A stretch of 64,000 nucleotides of DNA from Alphaproteobacteria bacterium (GCA_965237415.1 CBDEFM010000002.1:2880001-2944000); one strand, 5' to 3'; counted from the first letter of the stretch, positions 47,972 to 57,354 are shown. The notes: generated by a model from the letters alone, not told the origin. A program made the numbers and translations.

Positions 47972-48952
47972 ATGAGTGACGAGTTCGATTGGGAAATACC
48001 GCTCTCGGCGCAGCCGAAGCCGGAGCAGGTGTCTTTCGACCTCGACAGCGCGCTCGGCGCGGTTGTGGGCCTGCGCGCAACCATCCCGGAAGACGCGTTC
48101 ACCGCCGGGATTCTGGGGACGGAGAGAACCGGCAACGGGATCCTCATCGGCGCGAGCGGCCTTGTGCTCACCATCGGCTACCTGGTCGCCGAGGCGGAAT
48201 CGGTCTGGTTGACGGCGAGCGATGGCAGCGTGCTTGCGGGCCATGCGTTGGGCTACGACTTCGAATCTGGGTTCGGCCTGGTGCAGGCGCTCGGCCGCTT
48301 CAATGTGCCGGCGCTCGAAATCGGCTCCTCGGCCGCCCTCGAGGTCGGCGATTTCGTGATCGTCGCCGGCGAAGGCGGTCGGCGGCATTCCCTCAACTCC
48401 CGCGTCACGGCCAAACGCGAGTTCGCCGGCTATTGGGAGTATGTGCTCGACGAGGCCATCTTCACCACGCCGCCGCATCCCAACTGGGGCGGGAGCGGGC
48501 TGATCGACCGCCACGGCCGGCTCGTCGGCATCGGCTCGCTGCTGGTGCGCCACGCCGGCGGCGGCGGGGCCGACTCGCTCGACGGCAACATGATCGTGCC
48601 CATCGACCTGTTGCCGCCGATCCTCGACGACATGCAAACGCTGGGGCGCACCCAGCGCCCGCCCAGGCCCTGGCTCGGCGCCTACGTCACCGAGGTCGAC
48701 GAGGCGCTCGTTGTCGCCGGCCTCGCGCCGGAGGGGCCGGCCGAGCAGGCGGAGCTTCAGGTCGGCGATCAGGTGCTCGCGGTGAACCGTCAGCCGGTCA
48801 GCAGCCTCGTCGAGCTCTTCCGCAGCGTCTGGGCGGTGGGCGAGGCGGGCGTCGCCGTGCCGCTCACCGTCATGCGAAACGGCGAGCACCACGAGGTACG
48901 GGTGCTGAGCGCCACCCGCGACGCGTTCCTCAAGACTCCCCAGCTGCACTGA
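47972..48952 (+). CDS. S1C (HtrA-like) trypsin-fold plus PDZ protein, catalytic residues apparently substituted
   Basis: LGTERTGNG, VLTIGYL, FAGYWEY, HPNWGG, PRPWLG, PDZ-like C-terminus. Confidence 0.85.
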   Translation: MSDEFDWEIPLSAQPKPEQVSFDLDSALGAVVGLRATIPEDAFTAGILGTERTGNGILIGASGLVLTIGYLVAEAESVWLTASDGSVLAGHALGYDFESGFGLVQALGRFNVPALEIGSSAALEVGDFVIVAGEGGRRHSLNSRVTAKREFAGYWEYVLDEAIFTTPPHPNWGGSGLIDRHGRLVGIGSLLVRHAGGGGADSLDGNMIVPIDLLPPILDDMQTLGRTQRPPRPWLGAYVTEVDEALVVAGLAPEGPAEQAELQVGDQVLAVNRQPVSSLVELFRSVWAVGEAGVAVPLTVMRNGEHHEVRVLSATRDAFLKTPQLH

Positions 48953-49844
48953 TATTTCTAGGCATGAGCCGGGCGGCGCCGCGCAGGCCGCTCTCCGGCC
49001 CGAAGTGCGCGCGGACGAGCCGGGTGGCGGGCCTTGTCACGCTCGCGTGCGCGCCCCAGGCGGCGGGCACCAGGCGATAGAGTGCTGCGATCGCCGAAAG
49101 GCCACCGCCCAGCACGATCACGTCAGGGTCGAGCAGGTTGATAACGGCGGCGAGCGCTTGGGCCAGGCGCTCGGCATAGCTGGCCACGGCGTCCACCGCC
49201 TGCGCGTCCCCCACGTCCGCCCGTGCGGCGATCTCTTCGGCCGTAGCTTCGCCACCGCCGAGCGCGGCGTAGTCGCGCGCGAGCGCCGCCCCGTTGAGCC
49301 AGGTCTCGACGCAGCCTTGGGCGAAGCGCCCGCAGGCACAGGGCACGCCGGCGCCCCCCGGCGTGGGCCACGGGTTGTGACCCCACTCGCCGGCGGTGGC
49401 GTTGGCGCCCACCACGACCTCGCCCCGCACCACCAGTGCGCCGCCCACGCCGGTGCCGAGGATGACCCCGAACACCACCTCGGCCCCTGCACCGGCGCCA
49501 TCGGTCGCCTCGGAGAGGGCGAAGCAGTTGGCGTCGTTGGCGAGCGCGACCGGGCAGCCGAGTCGCGCCTCCAGGGCTTGCCGCAGGGGCTGCCCTTCGA
49601 GCCAGGGCAGGTTGACGATCATGCTGATCTCGCCGTCGCGCGTGATGATGCCGGGGAGGCTGACGCCGACGCTCGGCGCGCGCACGCCCCCTGCTGCGAG
49701 CCGCTCCACGATCTCGGCGACGGTGTCGATCACGCCGCCGAAGCTCGTGGGCACCGGCTGGCGCAGGCGCGCGCACTCCCGCCCGTCGCCGTCGAGGGCG
49801 ATGGCGGCGAGCTTCGTGCCGCCGATGTCGATACCGATGTGCAT
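48930..49844 (-). CDS. ROK family sugar kinase
   Basis: IGIDIGGTK, ANDANCFALSE, ILGTGVGG, GEWGH, CACG...C. Confidence 0.92.
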   Translation of the reverse strand: MHIGIDIGGTKLAAIALDGDGRECARLRQPVPTSFGGVIDTVAEIVERLAAGGVRAPSVGVSLPGIITRDGEISMIVNLPWLEGQPLRQALEARLGCPVALANDANCFALSEATDGAGAGAEVVFGVILGTGVGGALVVRGEVVVGANATAGEWGHNPWPTPGGAGVPCACGRFAQGCVETWLNGAALARDYAALGGGEATAEEIAARADVGDAQAVDAVASYAERLAQALAAVINLLDPDVIVLGGGLSAIAALYRLVPAAWGAHASVTRPATRLVRAHFGPESGLRGAARLMPRNISAAGES

Positions 49845-49850
49845 CGTGGC

Positions 49851-51004
49851 CTATTGCGCCTCCGGCGTGTCGCTGCGCGCGCCGCCGATCCAGATGGCGC
49901 GGACGCGGAGGTCATCGTCGAGCCAGATCAGATCGGCGCGGAGGGCGCGAGCCGCCCCCGGCTCTCGCCGATGCAAAGGAAATCCGCCGGGTAGGCGGAG
50001 GCCATGGCGAGCGCGTCGGCGAGCGGGATGCCTGCGTGCATGACGCAGTTTCTCACCGCCTGCCCCATGTTCAGCAGCGAGCCGGCGAGTCGGCCGTCGG
50101 CCAAGCGCAGGCAGCCGTCCACGATCCGCACAGTCTCGTTGCCAATGCGGATCGCGTCTGCATCGGGCGCCCCGACTGGGGCCATCGCGTCGGTGACCAG
50201 AAAAAGCGTGCCACGGGGTTTCGCGCGCCAGGCGAGGCGCAGCACGTCCCAGTGCACGTGGACGCCATCGGCGATGATGCCGCAGGCGAGGCGGTCGCGG
50301 GTGAGCGCCGCGCCGGCCGCACCCGGCTCCCGGTGGCCGAGCGGGCCCATGGCATTGAACAGATGGGTGACGCCGGTGAGACCATGCGCCATCGCCGTGT
50401 CCATCGTGTCGGCGTTGGCGTCGCTGTGACCGGCGGCGACGATGACGCCGCGTGCGGCAAGCGCCGCGATATCTGCCGGTGTCACGCACTCCGGTGCCAG
50501 TGTCACCAGGGTGCGACCGGTGGCGAGCGAGGCGAGCAGGTCGATGTCGCCCTCGGCTGGCGGCCGGATCGTCCGCGCGTCATGCGCCCCGCGGCGCGCG
50601 GGGTTGATGTGCGGCCCTTCGAAGTGGATGCCGAGGACTCCCGGCTCGCCCGAGTCCATCGCCTCGCGCACCGCCGTGACCGCCCGCGCCATGTCGGCGC
50701 GCGCGCCGGAGATGAAGGTCGCCAGGAAGCCCGTGGTGCCGAAGGCGCGATGGGCGCGACCGATCGCCGCGATGGTTGCCGCCGTCGGCGCGTCGTTGAA
50801 CATCACGCCGCCGCCGCCGTTGACTTGCAGGTCGATGAACCCAGCGGCGAGCGTGCCGCCCGCGAGCCGCGTGGCGCGGGTGGTGGCGGGGACCGCGTCC
50901 TCGGCCACGATATCGCGGATTGTGCCGTCCGCCAGCAGCAGGGCGCGACCGGGGACGAGCCCCTCCGACGTGTGCAGCCGGGCGCCTACCAGGGCCTCCA
51001 TCAT
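49851..51004 (-). pseudogene. nagA: N-acetylglucosamine-6-phosphate deacetylase, frameshifted near the 3' end
   Basis: GFIDLQVNGGGG, HFEGP, RRGAH, THLFNAM, IADGVHV, VTDAM. The frame ends GRLAPSAPI* at 49928, while the conserved tail RADLIWLDDDLRVRAIWIGG continues in another frame to 49851. Confidence 0.85.
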
Positions 51005-51026
51005 CGCTCCAGCGGCCCCTGCCGGA

Positions 51027-51069
51027 ATGCGTCGCGCAGACCTTGGCCGTGGTGAGAATTCCGGGCTAG
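51027..51069 (-). repeat. Dispersed repeat family 3, copy D
   Basis: Reverse complement CTAGCCCGGAATTCTCACCACGGCCAAGGTCTGCGCGACGCAT. Confidence 0.75.
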
Positions 51070-51104
51070 TGTCGGAGCAGGATTCACAGGATCGGGTGTA
51101 AGCC

Positions 51105-52091
51105 ATGCTACGCGCGGCCTCAATCGGAATGGGCTGGTGGTCCGACGAGCTCGCGGACGCCGCACAGGGTAAGTCGGACGCAATCCGCATCGTGACCTGC
51201 TTCACCCGGTCCGAGGAAAGGCGCGCGGCCTTCGCCGCGAAGTACGGCACGGCCCAGCACGACTCCTACGAGGCGGTGCTTGCCGATGGCTCGGTCGACG
51301 CGGTCATTCTGACCACGCCGCATTCGCTCCATGCCGAGCAGGCGATCGCGGCGGCGGCGGCCGGCAAGCACGTCTTCTGCGAGAAGCCTTTCACGCTCAC
51401 CCGCGCGAGCGCGCAGGCCGCGGTGGATGCCTGTGCCGAGGCGGGCGTGATACTCGCGATCGGGCAGAACCGGCGCTGGCACAGCGCGACCCGCGCGCTG
51501 AAGGCCATGCTGGAGGCGGGCGACTTCGGCACCGTCCTCCATGCCGAGGCCAATTTCTCCGTGCCGAGCGCGCTCAGCTACTCGCCCGATCTCTGGCGCT
51601 CCAACCGCATAGAGAGCCCGGCCGGCTCGGTCACGGGGCTCGGCATCCACATGATCGATGCCCTCGTCTATCTGTTGGGGCCCATCGCGTGGGTTGCGGC
51701 GCAGGCCTACCGGCGCGCGGTCCCGGTCGACATCGACGACACGACTTCGGTGCTGTTCGCCTTCGAGTCCGGTGTTACGGCCTATCTCGGCACGCTTTTC
51801 GCCTGCCCCCACACCTCCTACATCAACATCTACGGCACCGGCGGCAACGCGTTCGCCCAGATCGACAACAGCCAACTCACCCTTCAGGCGGCGGACGGGA
51901 CCCAGCGCGAGGAAGCGATCGAGCCCAACGACACGCTCAGGCTGGAGCTCGACGAGTTCGCCGCGGCCTGCGCCGGCGAGACGCAGTTCACGGTGACGAC
52001 CGAGGAAGCCGTGCACTGCATCGCCGTGATGGAGGCGCTGGTCGAGGCCGCGGACACCGGGCAGTGGGTGGCGGTCGCCGGCGAGGCCTAG
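51105..52091 (+). CDS. Gfo/Idh/MocA-family oxidoreductase
   Basis: IGMGWW, TTPHSLH, AGKHVFCEKP, GIHMID. Confidence 0.88.
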   Translation: MLRAASIGMGWWSDELADAAQGKSDAIRIVTCFTRSEERRAAFAAKYGTAQHDSYEAVLADGSVDAVILTTPHSLHAEQAIAAAAAGKHVFCEKPFTLTRASAQAAVDACAEAGVILAIGQNRRWHSATRALKAMLEAGDFGTVLHAEANFSVPSALSYSPDLWRSNRIESPAGSVTGLGIHMIDALVYLLGPIAWVAAQAYRRAVPVDIDDTTSVLFAFESGVTAYLGTLFACPHTSYINIYGTGGNAFAQIDNSQLTLQAADGTQREEAIEPNDTLRLELDEFAAACAGETQFTVTTEEAVHCIAVMEALVEAADTGQWVAVAGEA

Positions 52092-52093
52092 CC

Positions 52094-53098
52094 ATGAGCG
52101 CGCGTCACACCTTCTTCTGTATCGACGGCCACACCTGCGGCAATCCCGTGCGGGTGGTGGCAGGGGGCGGGCCTGCGCTCGCGGGCGCCACGATGAGCGA
52201 GCGGCGCCAGCACTTCGTCCGCGACTACGACTGGATCCGCCGGGCGCTGATGTACGAGCCGCGCGGCCATGACCTGATGTCGGGCGCGGTGCTCTACCCG
52301 CCGCTCTCGGCGGACGCCGATCTCGCGCTGCTCTTCGTCGAGACCACCGGGTGCCTGCCCATGTGCGGCCATGGCACCATCGGCACCGTGACCATCGCGC
52401 TGGAGCACGGCCTCGTCTCTCCGCGCTTGGACGGCACCCTGGTCCTCGACACGCCGGCGGGCCGGGTCGAAGCGCGCTACCGGCGGGAGGGTGCGCGTGT
52501 TGAGGCCGTGCGCATCACCAACGTGCCGAGCTTCCTGGCGGAGACGGGTGTCACTGTGGAGTGCCCCGGCCTCGGTCCGATCACGGTGGACATCGCCTAC
52601 GGCGGCAATTTCTACGCGATCGTCGATCCCCAGCCGGGCTATGCAGGGATGGAGGCGTTCTCGGCGGCCGAGCTGCTGGCGATGAGCCCCGGCCTGCGCG
52701 AGGCCTGCAACCGGGTCGTCGAGTGCGTCCATCCCGACGACCCGTCCATTGCCGGCGTGAGCCACGTCATGTGGACGGGCGCGCCTCAGGATGCGAGCGC
52801 CCATGGCCGGAACGCCGTCTTCTACGGCTCGGGCGCGCTCGACCGCTCCCCCTGCGGTACCGGGAGCTCGGCCCGGATGGCGCAGTGGGCGGCCACGGGC
52901 AAGCTCGCGCCCGGCGACGAGTTCGTGCACGAGAGCATCATCGGCAGCCTCTTCCGCTGCCGCGTCGAGAGCGCGACGAAGGTGGGCAATCACGACGCAA
53001 TCGTGCCGAGCATCGAAGGTTGGGCGCGCGTCACCGGGCTCAACACCATCTTCGTCGATGAGGCCGACCCCTTCGCCCACGGCTTTCAGGTGACCTGA
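52094..53098 (+). CDS. 4-hydroxyproline 2-epimerase (proline racemase family)
   Basis: DGHTCGNP, EPRGHDLMSG, both catalytic Cys motifs MCGH and DRSPCGTG. Confidence 0.9.
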   Translation: MSARHTFFCIDGHTCGNPVRVVAGGGPALAGATMSERRQHFVRDYDWIRRALMYEPRGHDLMSGAVLYPPLSADADLALLFVETTGCLPMCGHGTIGTVTIALEHGLVSPRLDGTLVLDTPAGRVEARYRREGARVEAVRITNVPSFLAETGVTVECPGLGPITVDIAYGGNFYAIVDPQPGYAGMEAFSAAELLAMSPGLREACNRVVECVHPDDPSIAGVSHVMWTGAPQDASAHGRNAVFYGSGALDRSPCGTGSSARMAQWAATGKLAPGDEFVHESIIGSLFRCRVESATKVGNHDAIVPSIEGWARVTGLNTIFVDEADPFAHGFQVT

Positions 53099-53113
53099 GG
53101 GAGACGAAACACG

Positions 53114-53860
53114 ATGAACCAAGCTCCAGGCCGCACCGTCAGAGCAGGCGCGCGATGCCTCGTCGCGGCCTGCGCCGCCCTTCTGGTCGCCACGCTCGGC
53201 CATGGCTGCAGCGCTTACGGCGACGGGTCGGATGACATGTCGCTCAGCCCGCAGGCGGGCGAAGCGGCCGCCGCCGGCGCCTCGGCGGTCTATACCGTCA
53301 CCTTCACAGGCGCCTGGACCGTCGAGGCCACCCCTGGGGGCGTTCCCGACGGCGCGCACTTCTCGCCGCTGATCGGCGGCGTTCACAACGCGGACGTGGC
53401 GTTCCTTGAGGCGGTCGGCCAGGCCACACCGGGCATCGAATCCATGGCGGAGCGCGGGCGGACGGCCACGCTCACGGAAGAAATTCAGGCGGCCGGTGCG
53501 AATGCGCTGAGCGTTCTCCGCAAGGAGTCAGGCCCCGGCGCGACGGCCTCGGATACGTTCGAAGCCGTCACGGTCACCGCCGACCATCCCCATATCACCC
53601 TGCTCTCGATGATCGCGCCGAGCCCGGACTGGTTCGTCGGCGTCTTCGGTCTCTCCTTGCTCGATGCGGAGGGGAACTGGGCAGACGCGCTCACGGTGAA
53701 CCTCTACCCGTGGGATGCCGGAACCGAGGAGGGAGACGACTTCTCCTTCGACAACGCCGCGACCGTGCCGCCCGGCACCATCGTCAGCCTGCGGGGCACG
53801 GGCAGATTCTCCGACGCGCCCATCGCGACACTGACCTTCACCTTGCAGTCGGGCGCATAG
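53114..53860 (+). CDS. Spondin_N domain secreted protein / possible lipoprotein
   Basis: YTVTFTGAW, AHFSPLIGGVH, SMAERG, LSMIAPSPDWFVG, LYPWDAGTE; signal peptide ending LGHGC. Confidence 0.85.
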   Translation: MNQAPGRTVRAGARCLVAACAALLVATLGHGCSAYGDGSDDMSLSPQAGEAAAAGASAVYTVTFTGAWTVEATPGGVPDGAHFSPLIGGVHNADVAFLEAVGQATPGIESMAERGRTATLTEEIQAAGANALSVLRKESGPGATASDTFEAVTVTADHPHITLLSMIAPSPDWFVGVFGLSLLDAEGNWADALTVNLYPWDAGTEEGDDFSFDNAATVPPGTIVSLRGTGRFSDAPIATLTFTLQSGA

Positions 53861-53904
53861 TGGCGTCGGCGCCCGCCGCTGCCGGCCACCGCCGAGAGGG
53901 CACC

Positions 53905-54303
53905 ATGAGTCGCGTTGTGCCGAGGCTCGCTTCGCTGCTGCTTGTGGTGGCGCTTGGCGGGGCGGTGCTGGCGCTGGGCCCGCGCGCGTCCGCGGACGAG
54001 TACAGCGATGCCACGTTCGAGGCCTTCGTCTCCGCCGCGATCGAGGTCAGCCGACGGATCGAGACCTGGCGCCCGCTTATCGAGGGCACGGCCGACAAGG
54101 ACGAGCGCGGCGCCCTGATCGAGGATGCGCAGGCCGACCTCGCCCGCGCTATCGAGGAGACGGAAGGCATCAACGAGGACGAGTATCACGAAATCTACGC
54201 GGCCGCGCGCGAGGACGAGGCGCTGCGCGGGCGCATCGACAGGATTTTCCGGAACCGTAGACAGCGCCGGCGGGCTGCCGGACGCCGAATGGCGGGCCGA
54301 TGA
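53905..54303 (+). CDS. DUF4168-like secreted helical protein
   Basis: Signal peptide; YSDATFEAFVSAA...AIEETEGINEDEYHEIYAAAREDEALRGRI. Confidence 0.7.
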   Translation: MSRVVPRLASLLLVVALGGAVLALGPRASADEYSDATFEAFVSAAIEVSRRIETWRPLIEGTADKDERGALIEDAQADLARAIEETEGINEDEYHEIYAAAREDEALRGRIDRIFRNRRQRRRAAGRRMAGR

Positions 54304-55466
54304 AGATCGAGAGCATCACGGCGTGCTGGGCGCATGTGCCGATCCCCAAGGCGCAGCAGCACAAGAGCGACCTCGGCGTCGCCGATCACTTCGACGCCAC
54401 GATCGTGCGGGTCGAGACCGCGTGCGGGCTCGTCGGCTGGGGCGAGGCCAAGGCTTCGGTCGGCAGTATGGGCAACAACGCGGCGCTTGCCGCGCTCATC
54501 AACCGCGACCTGGGCCCGGCGCTGATCGGCGAGGACCCGCGGGATCCACGCCGGCTGTGGGAGATCGGGTACAACGGCAGCCGCGCCCACTTCGCGCTGA
54601 CACGCGGCCAGGCTTTCCCGGTGCTGGATCGCCGCGGAAGCAGGATCAGCGCTATCGGGGCCATCGACATGGCCTGCTGGGACATCCTGGGCCGCTCCCT
54701 CGGGGTCCCGGTGTGGCGACTGCTCGGCGGCAAGTGCCGGGACGCCATGCCGGCCTACGCCTCCGGCGGCTGGGCGCCGGCCGAGGCCATCGGCGCGCAG
54801 CTCGAAGGCTATATCGCCCGCGGCGGCTTCCGCGCGGTGAAGATGCGCGTGGGTGCGGGTGACGGAGACGTCATCGCGTCGGTGCGTCGGGTCCGGGCCG
54901 CCCGCGCCCTTCTGGGATGCGATATCCAGATCATGGTGGATGCCCACGGCACCCTTTCGGTCAAGGAGGCGCTCCGCTTTGTGCGGCTGGTCGAGGGCTG
55001 CGGCCTCTCCTGGTTCGAGGAGCCGGTGAATGTCGACGACAAGGCCGGCATGGGCGTCGTGCGAGCGGCGAGCGACATCCCGATCGCCGCCGGCGAAAGC
55101 GAGTTCACCCGCTTCGACTTCCGCGAGCTGCTGGAGCATCGGGCCGTGGACTATTTCCAGCCCGACCTCGCCATCGCGGGCGGCATCACCGAGGCCATGC
55201 GGATTGCGGCGCTGGCAGAGAGCCACGGGATCAAGCTCGCGCCCCACCTCTGGGGCGGCGCGCTCAACTTCGCCGCCGGCCTTCAGGTCATGGCGGCTTC
55301 GCCCGCGGCGGTCATCGCCGAATACTCCCTCGGCGCCAATCCGTTGCTCCACGATCTCGCCGAAGAAAAGTTCGAGGTGGTGGACGGCATGATCGCCATT
55401 CCCGACCGCCCCGGCCTCGGCGTCACCATCGACGAAGCGTTTCTCGCGGCTCACACGGTCGACTAA
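54300..55466 (+). CDS. Mandelate racemase/muconate lactonizing enzyme family (enolase superfamily)
   Basis: GWGE, IDMACWDI, AYASGG, KMRVG, MVDAH, WFEEP, AAGE, QPD, APH. Confidence 0.9.
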   Translation: MKIESITACWAHVPIPKAQQHKSDLGVADHFDATIVRVETACGLVGWGEAKASVGSMGNNAALAALINRDLGPALIGEDPRDPRRLWEIGYNGSRAHFALTRGQAFPVLDRRGSRISAIGAIDMACWDILGRSLGVPVWRLLGGKCRDAMPAYASGGWAPAEAIGAQLEGYIARGGFRAVKMRVGAGDGDVIASVRRVRAARALLGCDIQIMVDAHGTLSVKEALRFVRLVEGCGLSWFEEPVNVDDKAGMGVVRAASDIPIAAGESEFTRFDFRELLEHRAVDYFQPDLAIAGGITEAMRIAALAESHGIKLAPHLWGGALNFAAGLQVMAASPAAVIAEYSLGANPLLHDLAEEKFEVVDGMIAIPDRPGLGVTIDEAFLAAHTVD

Positions 55467-55581
55467 CGGGCCACGCCCTACTGCCCCTGCCGCCGTTCTG
55501 GGGTTTACCGGCCGGGCCGCTATGATGCGCCGCCGGCCGCGCCGGGAGCGGCCCTAACCGCCACTCAGGAGAGTATCCGCC

Positions 55582-55971
55582 ATGCCCAACGAGATGTACG
55601 AGAAAGGCCTCCAGATCCGGCGCGAGGTGCTGGGCTCGGAGTATGTCGACCGCGCCATCGGCAGCGCCGACGACTTCAACAAGGAGTTTCAGGAGATCCT
55701 GACCGAGTATTGCTGGGGCGCGGTGTGGGGCCGGCCGGGGCTGAGCCGCAAGCAGCGGAGCCTCAACAACATCTGCATGTTGTCCGCGCTGGGCCGCAGC
55801 CACGAGCTGGAGCTACATCTCAGGGGCGCGCTCACCAACGGGGTGACCGTCGACGAGATCAAGGAGACGCTGATCCAGGTCGCCGTCTATTGCGGCGCGC
55901 CGGCGGCGGTCGAAGGGTTCCGCATCGCGCGGCGCGTCGTCGACGAGCACCGCAAGGCGGAGGCCGGCTGA
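55582..55971 (+). CDS. Carboxymuconolactone decarboxylase family protein
   Basis: GLQIRREVLG, TEYCWGAVWGRPGL, HLRGALTNG, VAVYCG. Confidence 0.9.
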   Translation: MPNEMYEKGLQIRREVLGSEYVDRAIGSADDFNKEFQEILTEYCWGAVWGRPGLSRKQRSLNNICMLSALGRSHELELHLRGALTNGVTVDEIKETLIQVAVYCGAPAAVEGFRIARRVVDEHRKAEAG

Positions 55972-56831
55972 TGCCCACGCTCGGCTTCATCGGCCTCGGC
56001 AATATGGGCGGGCCGATGGCGCACAATCTGGCCGCCGCCGGTCACGAGGTGGTGTGCTTCGACGCCGCGGGCACCGAAGCGTTGGCGCCGCCCGGCGCGC
56101 CCGTGGCCGAGTCCGCCGCGGCGCTGGCAGAGCGGGCCAACATCGTCTTTCTCTGCCTCCCCGACGGACGGACGGTGCTGAAGGTCGCACGAGAGATCGC
56201 CGATTGTCCGGACCGGGCGGTCGGGATCGTGGTGGACAGCACCACCGCCGGAATGACGGACGCCCGCGCGGCCCACGACCTGCTGGCCGGCGCCGGCATC
56301 CGTTATGCCGACGCGCCGGTGAGCGGCGGCACGAAGGGCGCGAAGGCCGGCACGCTCGCCATGATGGTGGCGGCGTCGGACGATCTCTATGCCGAGATCG
56401 AACCCTACATTCGCCCGATGGCGGCGAATGCCCGCCAAGTGGGCACCCAGCCGGGCCACGGCATGGCGATGAAGCTGCTGAACAATTTCCTCTCGGCGAC
56501 GGCGATGGCGGCGACCAGCGAGGCGGTTGCCTTCGGAGTTTCCCAGGGCCTCGACATGACGACGATCCTGGAGACGGTCAATCTCTCCAGCGGCCGCAAC
56601 ACCGCCACCGAGGACAAGTTCCCCAACCGTATCGCCACCGGTGCCTTCGATTCCGGCTTCGCAACCAAGCTGATGGCCAAAGACATCCGCCTCTACGAAT
56701 CGAGCGTGGCCGCCGCCGGTGCGCCCGGCCGCCTCGCCGGGCAGCTCCGCGACATCTGGGACGGCATGGAGGCCGCGCGGCCGGACTCCGACTTCACCGA
56801 GATCTACAAGCACGTGCGGGACGGGCGCTAA
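55971..56831 (+). CDS. NAD-dependent beta-hydroxyacid dehydrogenase (3-hydroxyisobutyrate dehydrogenase family)
   Basis: GFIGLGNMGGPMA, DAPVSGG, MKLLNN, LMAKD. Confidence 0.9.
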   Translation: MPTLGFIGLGNMGGPMAHNLAAAGHEVVCFDAAGTEALAPPGAPVAESAAALAERANIVFLCLPDGRTVLKVAREIADCPDRAVGIVVDSTTAGMTDARAAHDLLAGAGIRYADAPVSGGTKGAKAGTLAMMVAASDDLYAEIEPYIRPMAANARQVGTQPGHGMAMKLLNNFLSATAMAATSEAVAFGVSQGLDMTTILETVNLSSGRNTATEDKFPNRIATGAFDSGFATKLMAKDIRLYESSVAAAGAPGRLAGQLRDIWDGMEAARPDSDFTEIYKHVRDGR

Positions 56832-56870
56832 CCCGCAATTCTCACCACGGTCACGGCCTGCGCGGCGGCT
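56828..56870 (+). repeat. Dispersed repeat family 3, copy E
   Basis: CTAACCCGCAATTCTCACCACGGTCACGGCCTGCGCGGCG; TAA is the stop of the upstream gene. Confidence 0.7.
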
Positions 56871-56905
56871 TGCCGGGGTCCGCACGCGGGATTAGCCTCA
56901 GGCTC

Positions 56906-57199
56906 ATGGAAGACGGGGCGCCCACCCACTATCTGGTCGTGGAGGGGCTGGCGGGCGAGGGGTCGATCTGGCGCGTCGTCCGGGCCGAGGAACACGCAGA
57001 GGGGCGCAGGCTCTACGCCTTCGTCGGAACCTGCCAGACCCGCCGCGCGGCGCTCTCGCTCGCCCGCGCGCTCAACGAGAAGCGTGCCGTCGACGAGGCG
57101 ACGCTGCGCTCCGCAGCCCTGCGGGGGCAATCGCTCCCGCCCGGCCGCGCAGACATCGCGCCTGCGCCCGATCCCTACCGGCTCAGGCCCTCCTGCTAG
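56906..57199 (+). CDS. Small hypothetical protein
   Basis: 97-aa ORF (MEDGAPTHYLVVEG...) with GC-ending codons, filling the gap between two repeats. Confidence 0.5.
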   Translation: MEDGAPTHYLVVEGLAGEGSIWRVVRAEEHAEGRRLYAFVGTCQTRRAALSLARALNEKRAVDEATLRSAALRGQSLPPGRADIAPAPDPYRLRPSC

Positions 57200-57341
57200 C
57201 TCTTTGTCGCTCACGGCAGCCGGCCTGCGGCCGGCGCCTCCGCGTCGCGCGTCGACGCGCGCGGGCGCGCGATGTGCGCCGCATTAGCGGCGGGCCGCGG
57301 TCGCGGCCTATCGCGAGTCCGTCAAAGACGGACTCGCTCTA
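57196..57341 (-). repeat. Dispersed repeat family 2, copy
   Basis: Reverse complement TAGAGCGAGTCCGTCTTTGACGGACTCGCGATAGGCCGCGACCGCGGCC...GCCGTGAGCGACAAAGAGCTAG. Confidence 0.85.
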
Positions 57342-57354
57342 CGATCCATTGCCC

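Noticed and set aside
49928-49930. TGA in nagA as selenocysteine or readthrough
   Set aside because: The conserved tail is in a different frame, so readthrough would not restore it
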